From: Pseudomonadota bacterium
Lineage (GTDB): Bacteria; Pseudomonadota; Alphaproteobacteria; Sphingomonadales; Sphingomonadaceae
DNA length: 64,000 bases
Assembly: GCA_018240865.1 (NCBI GenBank)
Contig: JAFEEY010000042.1
Location: 14,545 to 78,544 of the forward strand
Direction: 5' to 3'
Part shown: one piece after another, positions 28,246-37,139 of the stretch
Layout: each line of letters opens with the position of its first letter
Position numbering within the stretch: the stretch's first letter is position 1
Made by a program: the position numbers and the translations under genes
The notes under the pieces: generated by a model
Told to the model about the DNA's origin: nothing
Databases searched by the model: none
Seen by the model: the letters and a program-made list of their open reading frames with translations, nothing else

Positions 28246-29220
28246 TCACGCGCTGCGCTGGGTGCGCTGGTGCGCGAGGCGGACGATGTGCAGCGGCACC
28301 CCCGCCTGCCGCAGCTTCTGGGCGAGGTTCTGCTGGATGCCCGAGCCTTCGCAGATGACGGCTTCCACCGGCTTGAGACCGAGAATGCGGTCATTGCGGA
28401 CGAAGGCGGCGCGGTTGCCCTGACTGCGATCGAGGCGGAACTGGATGACCTTGACGCCGCGCGATGCCGCCCATGCGTGCGCCACGGCATCGCAGCCCTT
28501 CGCTTGCGCGGTGGTCGCGAGGATCATCTCCGGGATGCGTGCCTTGATGCTGTCGAGACCGTTCCAGAGCAGGTCCACGTCCTCCCACACCTGACCACCG
28601 GAGAACGCCACGACCGGGCCTTCGGGGGCGAACTGCTCGCGGCGCTCCCGGGCTTTCGAGGCAAGATAGTCGCGGGCCTCGATCATCGATGCGGTAAGCG
28701 CGCTGGAAACCCGGCTTCCCCGCACCGGCGAGAAGGGCTTGCCGGTTTCGACCCGATAGACCTCGGCGGCATGGTCGCGCATGCATTCCATCGCCTCGCG
28801 GCAACCCTGGAGGGTCTGGCAGAGGAGCTGGGTGTCTTCGAGTTCGGTCGCGTAGATCTCGGACGGATCATAGCTGCGTGCGAGATCGCCGAGCTTCTTG
28901 GCGGCGTCATCCTCGCGGCCCTCGATACGCTTCGCCACGACATGGAAGCTGTTGGCGAAACCCCACGCCAGATCGGCCGCAAACGGCTCCATGCGGGTGT
29001 CGCGCAGCACGTCGAACATGGTCTGCATCATCATCTCGGTGGCGGCCCGCACCTGCTCGGGATCGGGCATGTCAAGTGCTTCGGGCGCTTCGACGATGCT
29101 GAGCTTGGCCATCTCGCTATGTTCGATGAACGCGCCCTCGTAGGTCTGGGTCAGTCCGTCATTTTCACGCGACGCGGCGACGAAGCTGGCAAGGTCGGCG
29201 AAATTGTTGAAAGAAGTCAT
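28246..29220 (-). CDS. Conserved ICE protein with a C-terminal DUF2493/SLOG-like domain
   Basis: The C-terminal part (VVAFSGGQ...KGCDAVAHAWAASRGVKVIQF...AAFVRNDRIL) resembles the DUF2493 pattern. Confidence 0.55.
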   Translation of the reverse strand: MTSFNNFADLASFVAASRENDGLTQTYEGAFIEHSEMAKLSIVEAPEALDMPDPEQVRAATEMMMQTMFDVLRDTRMEPFAADLAWGFANSFHVVAKRIEGREDDAAKKLGDLARSYDPSEIYATELEDTQLLCQTLQGCREAMECMRDHAAEVYRVETGKPFSPVRGSRVSSALTASMIEARDYLASKARERREQFAPEGPVVAFSGGQVWEDVDLLWNGLDSIKARIPEMILATTAQAKGCDAVAHAWAASRGVKVIQFRLDRSQGNRAAFVRNDRILGLKPVEAVICEGSGIQQNLAQKLRQAGVPLHIVRLAHQRTQRSA

Positions 29221-29294
29221 AAAAGCCTCCGAACAAGTCGATCTCTCATCCGGGATTGGATGAAAGATGAAATCTCATCGGATGGGCCGACGGG

Positions 29295-29410
29295 GCTTTG
29301 TCAGGGACGCGGGGACAAGTCCCCGCGCCGCCTCGGCGGGGCGTGGGGGAACCGATTTTCTTGGGGCCAGAGCGCAGCGACGGTCCCGGGAAAATTGGGG
29401 GGACCGCGCA
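29295..29410 (-). repeat. Leader hairpin element, copy B
   Basis: Shares gtggggg..a.cgattttctt, gcgcagcg and gaaaat.gg.gggg.cc.cgc blocks, in the same order, with copy A. Confidence 0.45.
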
Positions 29411-29553
29411 TCCTTGAGAAAGCCCCCCAAGGCACATCACACTACGGCGATGAAGCTTGTCTGATACCGAGATGTTAGAGAGAGAATTGGATTTGCCCCG
29501 GCCGCGGGGCGGCCGGGTTAACAGCAAATCGCTCCATACTGTCCCAGGAGAAA

Positions 29554-29563
29554 CCCCCTCCCC
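29554..29563 (-). repeat. CCCCCTCCCC box (G-rich on the coding strand)
   Basis: Exact 10-mer, in the long leader of gene 28246-29220. Confidence 0.5.
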
Positions 29564-29732
29564 ATCACCCCCGCAAGGTGATCGTAACCCGGCAGGGCGG
29601 AGACGCGGCAAGGCCGTGGCTCCGGGAGCCGCAGGCGAGTAGAGCGCCGGTCCCGGCCTGAGCCTGTCGAAGGGCCGGGATGCGCCAAATGATCGAGCAC
29701 CGACGCCGCAGGCAATGTTGAAGGAATGAAGA

Positions 29733-30089
29733 GTGAAGGCCCAGATTCAGGCGAACTATGAGGAGCGTCTATCGCGATATGCTGCACTGTTGCATGGCAA
29801 TGAGCCACCGGGGCTGGTGGCGAAACTCGCCGTCTATCAGCAGCTCCTGCGGCAACGTGATATTCATGGCGACCGCCTGTGGCAGATCGAGCCGATCCTC
29901 TATCCGCTGGCGGAGCAGGACGTGATCGCGCTGGTGAACAGCGTGATCAAGGTCGTCACCGATCAGGAGTGGAAGCTCCGGGATGGGGCGAGCTTCCATG
30001 TCGGCGAGTTCTACGCGATCGGCGTCGAGAACATGGTCCACAACCTCGAGACGGGGCGACGCGCGAACTTCCCGGGCCAGTTGAGCTGA
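29733..30089 (+). CDS. Hypothetical protein (118 aa, GTG start)
   Basis: Coding-like ORF on the opposite strand to the array, convergent with ssb. Confidence 0.4.
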   Translation: MKAQIQANYEERLSRYAALLHGNEPPGLVAKLAVYQQLLRQRDIHGDRLWQIEPILYPLAEQDVIALVNSVIKVVTDQEWKLRDGASFHVGEFYAIGVENMVHNLETGRRANFPGQLS

Positions 30090-30121
30090 AGGGCGGCGCC
30101 CGCAGGCGCCGCTCTACCGGG

Positions 30122-30442
30122 TCAGAAGAAGTCGATCTTGTCGGCGATGATCTCGCAGCCGTACCGGGTGACTCCGTCGCGATCCTCCCAACTCGAATAG
30201 TGCAGCCGGCCGGTGATGGCGACGACATCGCCCTTCTTGCGCGAGGCGCCGGCCTTGCCGAGGCCGTTGAAGCAGGTGACCTTGTGGAACTCTGTCTCTT
30301 TGGCGGTGTAGCCGGTGGCGTCGTCGACATAGGTCTTGCCGTCCCTGAGCTTCACGCGATCGGTCGCGACAATGAGGGTGGTGACGGCGCCGCGGGTCTC
30401 GGGGTCCTTGGCGACGCGGCCGGCGAGATTGACGTTGTTCAT
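30122..30442 (-). CDS. ssb: Single-stranded DNA-binding protein (short plasmid type)
   Basis: MNNVNLAGRVAKDPE OB-fold start and C-terminal DKIDFF tip. GAGGAG SD. Confidence 0.85.
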   Translation of the reverse strand: MNNVNLAGRVAKDPETRGAVTTLIVATDRVKLRDGKTYVDDATGYTAKETEFHKVTCFNGLGKAGASRKKGDVVAITGRLHYSSWEDRDGVTRYGCEIIADKIDFF

Positions 30443-30841
30443 GGTAGTGCTCCTCGTTGGGTCCAGCGGCCTTCCCGCCGGTGACACCGAAGAGCGGCGT
30501 GCGGAGAGGGTCCGCACCGTAGCGTCAGCGGAGGGGAACCCCTGGAGGGAGTTGGCGCGGGCAGCCGCGAAGCGGCAACACGGGCGACCGGATGGGGTTG
30601 CGGGACGTCTTCGTCTCGCCGCAGGTGTCAGGAACAGGCGAAGGAAGGCTGCTGGCCGCGGCGGGGCTCTACCCGATGGACGATCGCGCGGCGCGCTGCT
30701 CTTGACCCCGGCGCCGGCGGCGGAGCGCCCTCAGGAGTTCGTGCTCAGCAATCGGTGACGGGCAAGCCCGTTCGGCGAGGCCCGCTAGACGCAGCGATCG
30801 GGATTGAGGGCAGAGCCTCGTATTGCTCGGCCTCGGCGGCC

Positions 30842-31033
30842 TCAGGCGCGAAATGGCAGACGGAGTTTCGCGCGGCGGGACCTTTCGCGCGCGGTATCAT
30901 GCTCATCAGCCCATCGGTCGGCGGCGATCTCTTCGTCCGTAGGTCGCGCGCCCGCGAGATCGGCCCGCTGCTTGTCGCTCAAGGTCTCGGCCGTGCTCAC
31001 CGCCCGATTGCCGTGCCGCTGGTTCGTTCCCAT
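30842..31033 (-). CDS. Possible small protein (63 aa)
   Basis: ATG after a GGAGTGAG SD-like sequence. No motif. Confidence 0.3.
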   Translation of the reverse strand: MGTNQRHGNRAVSTAETLSDKQRADLAGARPTDEEIAADRWADEHDTARERSRRAKLRLPFRA

Positions 31034-31098
31034 GTGTTCTCACTCCGAAGTCGCGATGATCCGCGCCGCGTGGCAAATGCGGGCGCGGCCGATACTGG

Positions 31099-31536
31099 TC
31101 AGGAGGTACGCTTGACCTGCGTGACCTTGCCGGCGTCGTAGGCGGCGAGCCAGCGGGTGCGGATGGTTTCGTAGAAGGCGGTTGGAAGCTGACCGTATGC
31201 AACCTCGCCCAATGGATCGCCGGGCACCGTCCGAAGATCGGGCCCGGGCCATTGAAAATAGTTGAGCTCCGTGAGGACGACCCACGAGCGATCATCATCG
31301 AGCCCGAGACGAACCTTCGTCGCGTGCGGAATTTCAACGGCAAGGCTCGTGTCGGACGGCGGCGTATGGGTCACTGGCAGGATGGTGACCATCTTGGCGC
31401 CTGCCTTATTTGTCGTCGCGAGCAGCACGGCGCAGGGACGGTCTTTGCTGCCTTCTTCGTGACCTGCCTTTGCTTCATGGCTCCAGAGATACGAGTAGCG
31501 AATTACGAGGCCGGGAACTGGATCGGGAATTTGCAC
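31099..31536 (-). CDS. PemK/MazF-like toxin candidate
   Basis: GLVIRYSY...DRPCAVLL...VTILPVT pattern. GTG start 3 nt after the antitoxin stop. Confidence 0.5.
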   Translation of the reverse strand: MQIPDPVPGLVIRYSYLWSHEAKAGHEEGSKDRPCAVLLATTNKAGAKMVTILPVTHTPPSDTSLAVEIPHATKVRLGLDDDRSWVVLTELNYFQWPGPDLRTVPGDPLGEVAYGQLPTAFYETIRTRWLAAYDAGKVTQVKRTS

Positions 31537-31539
31537 TCG

Positions 31540-31800
31540 TCAGGACTCGACCTCGTGATCGAAGGCAGCGGCTTCTGCCGGCGCTCGCGCCGCTCGAACC
31601 CCCTCCACGATTTCCTCCGGCACGTCAGTCAACGTGAAGACCTCGCGATCGCGCCGCTTGAGCCGCTGATATTCGGCGGCCGACATCAACACGAGGCTAT
31701 CGTGGCCATGATGCGTGATGGTAAGGGGCGCAACCAGCGCCTGGCGGCTGATGCGGCCGAAGGCCTTTGACGCCTCAACGGAACTGACAGTCTGGGGCAT
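31540..31800 (-). CDS. Phd/YefM-family antitoxin
   Basis: N-terminus (VSSVEASKAFGRISRQA...PLTITHHGHDSLVLMSAAEYQRL). AGGAGA SD. Confidence 0.65.
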   Translation of the reverse strand: MPQTVSSVEASKAFGRISRQALVAPLTITHHGHDSLVLMSAAEYQRLKRRDREVFTLTDVPEEIVEGVRAARAPAEAAAFDHEVES

Positions 31801-31990
31801 GGTGATTCTCCTGTCCGGAAAGTACGGAGTTTCCGGATAAATTTCAAGTCCTCTCTGTCGCGCGCGCGAGGACGATAGCTGAGGACACGGTCACAGGGAA
31901 ACGAAGGCAGGGCCCGCTTGCCGTGAGGCAAACGAGCCCTGCGGGGTTGCCGCGCGCCGGAGGGACGCGCGCGGCAGGGAGAGAGGATCG

Positions 31991-32503
31991 TCAGTCGGCC
32001 ATCTCGGGCGTGCGGCGACGGCGGCCATTGCCCTGCGCGGGCTCGCCGCCGAACGCGCCCTCGGCCGAGGATTCACCCAGGCCATCCGTACCGGCGAGGC
32101 CGTTCGGCTTGGCCGGCTCGTCCGCACCGGGCAGCGGCGGCAGGCTGTCGTCGGCCGGGGCGGTGTCGGTCGGCGCATCGCGGCGGCGGTTGGGACGCGA
32201 CCAGACGATGTTGTACGAGCCGTCGTCCTGACGGAACGCCGAGATGTAGAGCGGCTTGTCGAGGCTGGGATCCTCGATCTTGCCGTTGAGGAACATTTCG
32301 CCGGTCGCATTGGACGCCAGCTCGAACAGTGAGCCGACCTGGACCCACTGGCGTGCCGCCGAGAGCGCGAGGATCTCGAACTTGGGCGCACGCGGATTGG
32401 CGGAATGGACGGTGCGAAGGGCGATGACGATCGCGACCGTGAGCGTCGAGATTTTGCCGGTGTAGGTGCCGCTGGCGTTCTGGGTGATGGTGCCGATGTT
32501 CAT
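31991..32503 (-). CDS. DUF736-family protein
   Basis: MNIGTITQNASGTYTGKISTL... is a typical DUF736 start. AGGAGA SD. Common in ICE leading regions. Confidence 0.7.
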   Translation of the reverse strand: MNIGTITQNASGTYTGKISTLTVAIVIALRTVHSANPRAPKFEILALSAARQWVQVGSLFELASNATGEMFLNGKIEDPSLDKPLYISAFRQDDGSYNIVWSRPNRRRDAPTDTAPADDSLPPLPGADEPAKPNGLAGTDGLGESSAEGAFGGEPAQGNGRRRRTPEMAD

Positions 32504-32666
32504 GGGAAGTCTCCTGAGAAAGTGCGCTCGAACCCCTTGTCCGAACACCTTCTCTCACCCGCTCCTCTCCTCGGCCGTTCGGCCGAGTAAGGCGCGCCAG
32601 CGCCGCTCCGACGCGCCACTTCGGCGCCGTCGGGTACTTCAGGGCCTCGCAATCACGCGATGCGTG

Positions 32667-32987
32667 TCAAGTCTGGGGAGCGCTTGCCGATGGCCGCCAC
32701 AGGGCAATGACATCCTGCATCTCTTCGGCGAAACCGAGACCGTCGATATAGACGGCGCCGCGGTCGTTCTGGCCGAGAAAGCCGATCACGCTCGTGATGT
32801 CGTTTGCCACGTCGATGTCGAGGCCGAACATGTCGGCGATCTCGAAATGACCAAGCTCCGGGCCATTCCACCAGGCCATCAGAAAGTTCGCGACGCGGCG
32901 CGCCTGCCCGGTGTCGCCCATGGCGAGCGGGATAAGCCGTGTCAGCGCCGCACGGGCGGAATCATAATCTGTCGGTACGGACGTCAT
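32667..32987 (-). CDS. Hypothetical protein (106 aa)
   Basis: ATG 32987 after a GGAGAA SD. Confidence 0.5.
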   Translation of the reverse strand: MTSVPTDYDSARAALTRLIPLAMGDTGQARRVANFLMAWWNGPELGHFEIADMFGLDIDVANDITSVIGFLGQNDRGAVYIDGLGFAEEMQDVIALWRPSASAPQT

Positions 32988-33060
32988 CGGTTTTCTCCGC
33001 GCGCAGAGGGTATCGAGGCGACACCCGGGCGCAAGCGTTTCTGCCTCGAACGGCCCGATC

Positions 33061-33390
33061 CTAATGAATCGAGCCGAACAGCCGCCGCTTGACCTCGGCC
33101 TGGTGCCGGCCATCCTTCTCGCCGATCGTCGCGGTCATGTCGGCGAGGAGCTGTTCGGCAAGCCTCGGCGGGATTTCCGCATAGGGCGTGATAACGGCGA
33201 TCGCGGCCTCGGGCGTGGGAAGCTCGCCCGGTTCCGTGCCCCGCCAGATCAGCGCTTCCCCTTCATCGGGCTCATCATCGGTGCGAAAGCACACCTGAGC
33301 ATAACAGGTCTGGAGCGGTCGGTCCCAGCCTACCGCCGCGCAGATGACGTCGGGATGGCCGGCCTTGGGCGGGAGAATGTGCCTGCTCAT
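33061..33390 (-). CDS. Hypothetical protein (109 aa)
   Basis: Coding-like ORF in the co-oriented array. ATGA-type overlap with the upstream small ORF. Confidence 0.5.
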   Translation of the reverse strand: MSRHILPPKAGHPDVICAAVGWDRPLQTCYAQVCFRTDDEPDEGEALIWRGTEPGELPTPEAAIAVITPYAEIPPRLAEQLLADMTATIGEKDGRHQAEVKRRLFGSIH

Positions 33391-33593
33391 GCGTGTGTCC
33401 TCCGCATTCTGTGCGCGACGTGCCGCGCGGCGCCTTCGGCGCTGTTGATGGCCTGACCTGCTGCCGATGCCGCGCGGCGCGCGCCCGCCCTGCGCAGCAG
33501 GTTACGGGCTTCGCGCAGGCGTTCAACGGCAATCGCAATGGCTTGTCCGTCCTCGGACGTCGCGGGTGTGATGCGGCGCAAGATTACCTCCAT
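33387..33593 (-). CDS. Small hypothetical protein (68 aa)
   Basis: Overlaps the start of the next gene by 4 nt. Confidence 0.35.
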   Translation of the reverse strand: MEVILRRITPATSEDGQAIAIAVERLREARNLLRRAGARRAASAAGQAINSAEGAARHVAHRMRRTHA

Positions 33594-33626
33594 TTTGGTT
33601 GGAAATTGGCGAGGCGACTGATCGGC

Positions 33627-33977
33627 TCAATCGTCGCAGGGGAGCATGATCGTCAGGACACGGACGGTCACCGCGGCGTCGGCAGGATCTTCCGAGCCCC
33701 ATTCGAGCGAGGGATCGTAATAATCGATGCGAAAGCAGACGATGTGACCCTCGAGCTCGAACTGCCCGTAGTTGCGTTCCGGGCCGTCATCAGGCTTGAA
33801 TTCGTAGCGCCGGACGGCCGCGAGTACCGCGGCCTGGGCGACGGCTTCGCTGACGATGCGGTCGCCGCCTGCCAATGTGGCGAGACAGGTCGCCGTCATC
33901 ACGATCCGCGCGTTTCGATCGAGGCCGAGCCGCACGCGGTCATTGAGCTCGGCGATCCGGGATATGGTGCTGGTCAT
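33627..33977 (-). CDS. DUF3768-like protein
   Basis: The start (TSTISRIAELNDRVR...) and the CFRIDYYD segment resemble DUF3768. ATGA overlap with the upstream gene. Confidence 0.5.
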   Translation of the reverse strand: MTSTISRIAELNDRVRLGLDRNARIVMTATCLATLAGGDRIVSEAVAQAAVLAAVRRYEFKPDDGPERNYGQFELEGHIVCFRIDYYDPSLEWGSEDPADAAVTVRVLTIMLPCDD

Positions 33978-34924
33978 GCTGCCTCCATCAAGCCGGCGTT
34001 GAAACTCGCGATCCATTCTTCCATCGTCGGCCGCTCGGCGATCGGCACGATGCTGGCGGCGTCCTGGAAACGGATGAGATCGGTCGGCGCATCGCGACGG
34101 ATCGCGTCGATCTCGGCCTCGGGGAGCAGCCGCTCGGCGCGGATGAAATCGGTGATCCTGCCGGGCCGGGTCCTGGTCGATCGGCGCCACAATCCCTCGA
34201 CGGTGCGCAGGCGCGGTTCGGCGCGGGCCTCAATCAGGACAATCAAGCGAAGGCACCACGCCGGCAGGGCGCGTACTTCATCGGGCCGGATGGCGCCGCA
34301 GAAGAAGCAGCTCGACTTGGGCGGCACCGGGAGACCGGCGGCCTCGATCCGGGCGATGCAGCGATCGCGCGTCCAGTTCCATTCGCGCAGCGGATAGCGG
34401 CACTGGAACAGCGGATCGTCCAGCCCGGCAGCATGGGCATGACGCCGGGAATCGGAGGGCGACGTGTCGTAGCCGATCAGCCGCTCGACCTTCTGCCCAT
34501 TCGCCCATGCGGCGCGAGCCGGTGCCCATTGCTTCAGGAAAGCGTCTTGCGGCGCCACCTTCCATTTGAGGCTGCAACTATGCCGTCCCAGGCTGATGCT
34601 CGGCAAAGTCGCATTGGTCAGGACATTGGCGAGGATCGAATAATAGGGCGGCCAGTGCTTGAAGCGTCTGGGCACGTAGCGGACGATCTCATAGGGAATC
34701 CCGCGCGCGTGCATCCACGCGGCGATCATCCGCTGATATTCGTAGGTCTCGGGCTTCTCCGCGCCCGGATCGGCGCTCAGCACCAGGTCTGGCGCCTCGC
34801 CGCGCGCCTCGAGTTCGATCAGCAGCGCCGTGGAATCGACACCGATCCCATAGGCCAGGACCACGGGCGGCGGGGCGGCGACCAGAATGGTATCGACCGC
34901 TCGTCTGTTGCTTGGGATGTGCAT
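33974..34924 (-). CDS. PAPS-reductase-like PP-loop ATP pyrophosphatase family protein
   Basis: PP-loop-like VLAYGIGVDST near the N-terminus and C-terminal Cys pairs (CFFCG). ATG 34924. Confidence 0.7.
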   Translation of the reverse strand: MHIPSNRRAVDTILVAAPPPVVLAYGIGVDSTALLIELEARGEAPDLVLSADPGAEKPETYEYQRMIAAWMHARGIPYEIVRYVPRRFKHWPPYYSILANVLTNATLPSISLGRHSCSLKWKVAPQDAFLKQWAPARAAWANGQKVERLIGYDTSPSDSRRHAHAAGLDDPLFQCRYPLREWNWTRDRCIARIEAAGLPVPPKSSCFFCGAIRPDEVRALPAWCLRLIVLIEARAEPRLRTVEGLWRRSTRTRPGRITDFIRAERLLPEAEIDAIRRDAPTDLIRFQDAASIVPIAERPTMEEWIASFNAGLMEAA

Positions 34925-34960
34925 GGAGTTCTCGGCCTCGATCGCGGCCCATCGCCGCAA

Positions 34961-34980
34961 CCCTCAAGATCCCCCTCCCC
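34961..34980 (-). repeat. CCCCCTCCCC box
   Basis: Exact core at 34971-34980, between the Mom-like stop and the PP-loop gene start. Confidence 0.5.
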
Positions 34981-35817
34981 TCATTCTCGGCCGGCTGTGC
35001 GGTTCTCGGCCTCGATGCGAAGATCGAACTGAAAGGTGGGGTGCGCCAACGGCAGGGCCTTTGGATAGGGAAGTCGCGGCAGTGCGCGGCCGTGCCGGCG
35101 GGCTTCGCGGGTGAGCTCGAAGCAATAGGCGTAGAGACCCGGCTGCTGATGGCGCACGAGATGGCGTTCGCGTTGCAGCCGCCAAAGCCATGTCGCAGGC
35201 ATCTCCCCGAACTCCGGCCTGGGCAGGCCAAGCGAAACGAGCTGATCGATGGCGCCGGCATGGCCTCGCTCGCCAAGGCGGATCTTCGAGAGCGTGCGCC
35301 CCGCGATCGTTGTGTCGCCGGCGCGCAGGACGGTTCGCGGCCTCGTAATGGCGCGGTGCGCCGCCGAGAGCGCGCAATAGACGCGGCCTATATGTCCGGC
35401 GCTTGGGTCGCTGTACGAAACCACGGCCTCGATTCCGGGCTTCTCGCGGCGCAGATGGCGAAAGGCCCGCGCGACGAAGAAGCTCTCCCCGTTCTGGGGC
35501 ACGGCGTCTGTCAGGATCAGGCGGGCGAGCACGCAGCCGCGTAGCGGATCGGCAAAGCCGGTGTGCCGCGTGATTACGGCTCCGGTGGCCGGAACGGCGA
35601 AGACGGCGACGCCTTCCAGGACTGCCCCGGCGCCATAGAGCCCGACCGCGAGCTGCGCCGCAGGATAGGTCGGCAGATAATGATGGCGGGCAATGAAAGC
35701 GCGCGCGGCATCGTGTCCGATGATCTCGACGGAATAGGATTTGGGATCGATGACCGTGAGATCGCGGGCCCAGAGCGCCCGGCGCTCGCGCCAGCGCTGG
35801 CTGCGGCTCGTTTCCAT
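34981..35817 (-). CDS. GNAT-fold protein resembling the phage Mu Mom-like family
   Basis: ARAFIARHHY...VGLY...GVAVF..P...NGESFFVARAFRHL...VVSYSDPSAGHIGRVY matches the pattern I associate with Mom-like acyltransferase-fold proteins. Not verified by HMM. Confidence 0.5.
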   Translation of the reverse strand: METSRSQRWRERRALWARDLTVIDPKSYSVEIIGHDAARAFIARHHYLPTYPAAQLAVGLYGAGAVLEGVAVFAVPATGAVITRHTGFADPLRGCVLARLILTDAVPQNGESFFVARAFRHLRREKPGIEAVVSYSDPSAGHIGRVYCALSAAHRAITRPRTVLRAGDTTIAGRTLSKIRLGERGHAGAIDQLVSLGLPRPEFGEMPATWLWRLQRERHLVRHQQPGLYAYCFELTREARRHGRALPRLPYPKALPLAHPTFQFDLRIEAENRTAGRE

Positions 35818-35835
35818 GTTTTGGATCCTCGAATG

Positions 35836-37119
35836 TTAGCGGGCGGCAAATCTCGTCGCCCCGCCGAACAGGCGGAGCGCGCGTGCCATCTCGTCGCGCA
35901 ACCGGGCCTTGCTGCCGACGATGAGCGTCGGCGCGAGGGGTTTCCCGCCGGGGTCGATGAAGCCGTGCGCGAGGGTGCCGTCCTGTTCGATCGAGACGAG
36001 ATGCCCCTTGCCGGGCGCCGGCCCCTGATAGCGCGCCGTCAGCTCGCCTAGCTTCGCAGTCAGGCCCTTGGTCGCCTTGGACCAACGGATGTGGCCAGCG
36101 CCGACATTGCTCCCGGCCTCGCGGCCTCGATCCATCCAGAGTTTCGCGTGCGCCTTGACCTGCAGCGGCGTGTTGCGCGTGCGTTCGCGATTCCGACAGG
36201 TTGGCAATGCGGCCGAATGGGTATCGAGAACCCGCAGATATTCGCCGTGCAGCGCGACAAGGATATCCTCGATGTCGATGCCGGCGAGGAGCGCGCGAAG
36301 CCGGTCCTCCTGCTCGGGACTGGCAATGAGCTCGTCGGCCCGCTCCGCCGTCAGTTCCTCGGCCTCGGGCTGCGCGGTCACACCGGATATGAAGCCCTTG
36401 GTGGCGGTGAGAATGATGGCGTGACCGCCGCAGCGGCCGCCTGTCTTACGATAGCGCTCCAAAATATCGCCTCGGCCGAGCGCCGCCGCCGGATGATCGC
36501 CCAGGATGATAACCCGCCGCGACCATGGTGTCGGTCGGGGCCGGTCGCTGGGTTTCGGCCAGTCCGAGGGTAGCGATCGCACCGCACCCCGCGACTGCAT
36601 CGAGATGGGCGCTCGTTCGGCAGCGCGATTGGCCCGGCGCGCCGCGTCGAAGAGATCATCAACGTCGCCGCCGCCGTCGGCGAACCCGCAGTCATAGGCC
36701 GGGCGTTCTGCGGCCTTGGACGGCGAACAATGGTTCCAACCTACATGGGCCGCGTACCAGCCATCGGCATAGCGGATCGCGAGATTCCAGTCATAACCAT
36801 AACGATCGCGTCCACGCAGGATCGCCGCATCGCGCTCATCACCGCGTCCTGAGACGGCGCGCTCCTCGGTGAAGCTGAAATTGCGCGCCTGGCGCTCGGC
36901 CTCGCTATGCGCGGCAATCGCGTCGTTGACGGGCTTCATCGCCTGGACGCGCGCGCGGGTGCGCGCCATGCGATCTTCAGGTGAAGCCGTCGGCGCCAGG
37001 TCCGGAAAGTCGCGCCAGGCTTTCGCGATCGCTTCGGCATGTTCCGGTGCGCGGCCCCGGGCCAGCCAGGTGGCAGTCGAACAGGGGTCGAACTGCGGGA
37101 TTTTTTCGACATGGATCAT
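35836..37119 (-). CDS. Hypothetical protein (427 aa)
   Basis: Long coding-like ORF in the array. ATG verified. Confidence 0.55.
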   Translation of the reverse strand: MIHVEKIPQFDPCSTATWLARGRAPEHAEAIAKAWRDFPDLAPTASPEDRMARTRARVQAMKPVNDAIAAHSEAERQARNFSFTEERAVSGRGDERDAAILRGRDRYGYDWNLAIRYADGWYAAHVGWNHCSPSKAAERPAYDCGFADGGGDVDDLFDAARRANRAAERAPISMQSRGAVRSLPSDWPKPSDRPRPTPWSRRVIILGDHPAAALGRGDILERYRKTGGRCGGHAIILTATKGFISGVTAQPEAEELTAERADELIASPEQEDRLRALLAGIDIEDILVALHGEYLRVLDTHSAALPTCRNRERTRNTPLQVKAHAKLWMDRGREAGSNVGAGHIRWSKATKGLTAKLGELTARYQGPAPGKGHLVSIEQDGTLAHGFIDPGGKPLAPTLIVGSKARLRDEMARALRLFGGATRFAAR

Positions 37120-37139
37120 GTGGTCGGCCTCGGTCGAGA

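Noticed and set aside
28270-29478. 402-aa plus-strand ORF
   Set aside because: It lies antisense to the DUF2493-like gene, which has an SD, an ATG and a terminator. The translation is Arg/Gly/Asp-rich.
30093-30112. Bidirectional terminator between 29733-30089 and ssb
   Set aside because: An 8-bp GC stem with a cgca loop is present, but there is no U-run on either strand, so it is not called as an intrinsic terminator.
34964-36085. 373-aa minus-strand ORF in another frame
   Set aside because: It overlaps two better-supported genes (34981-35817 and 35836-37119) out of frame. The translation is extremely Arg/Pro-rich.
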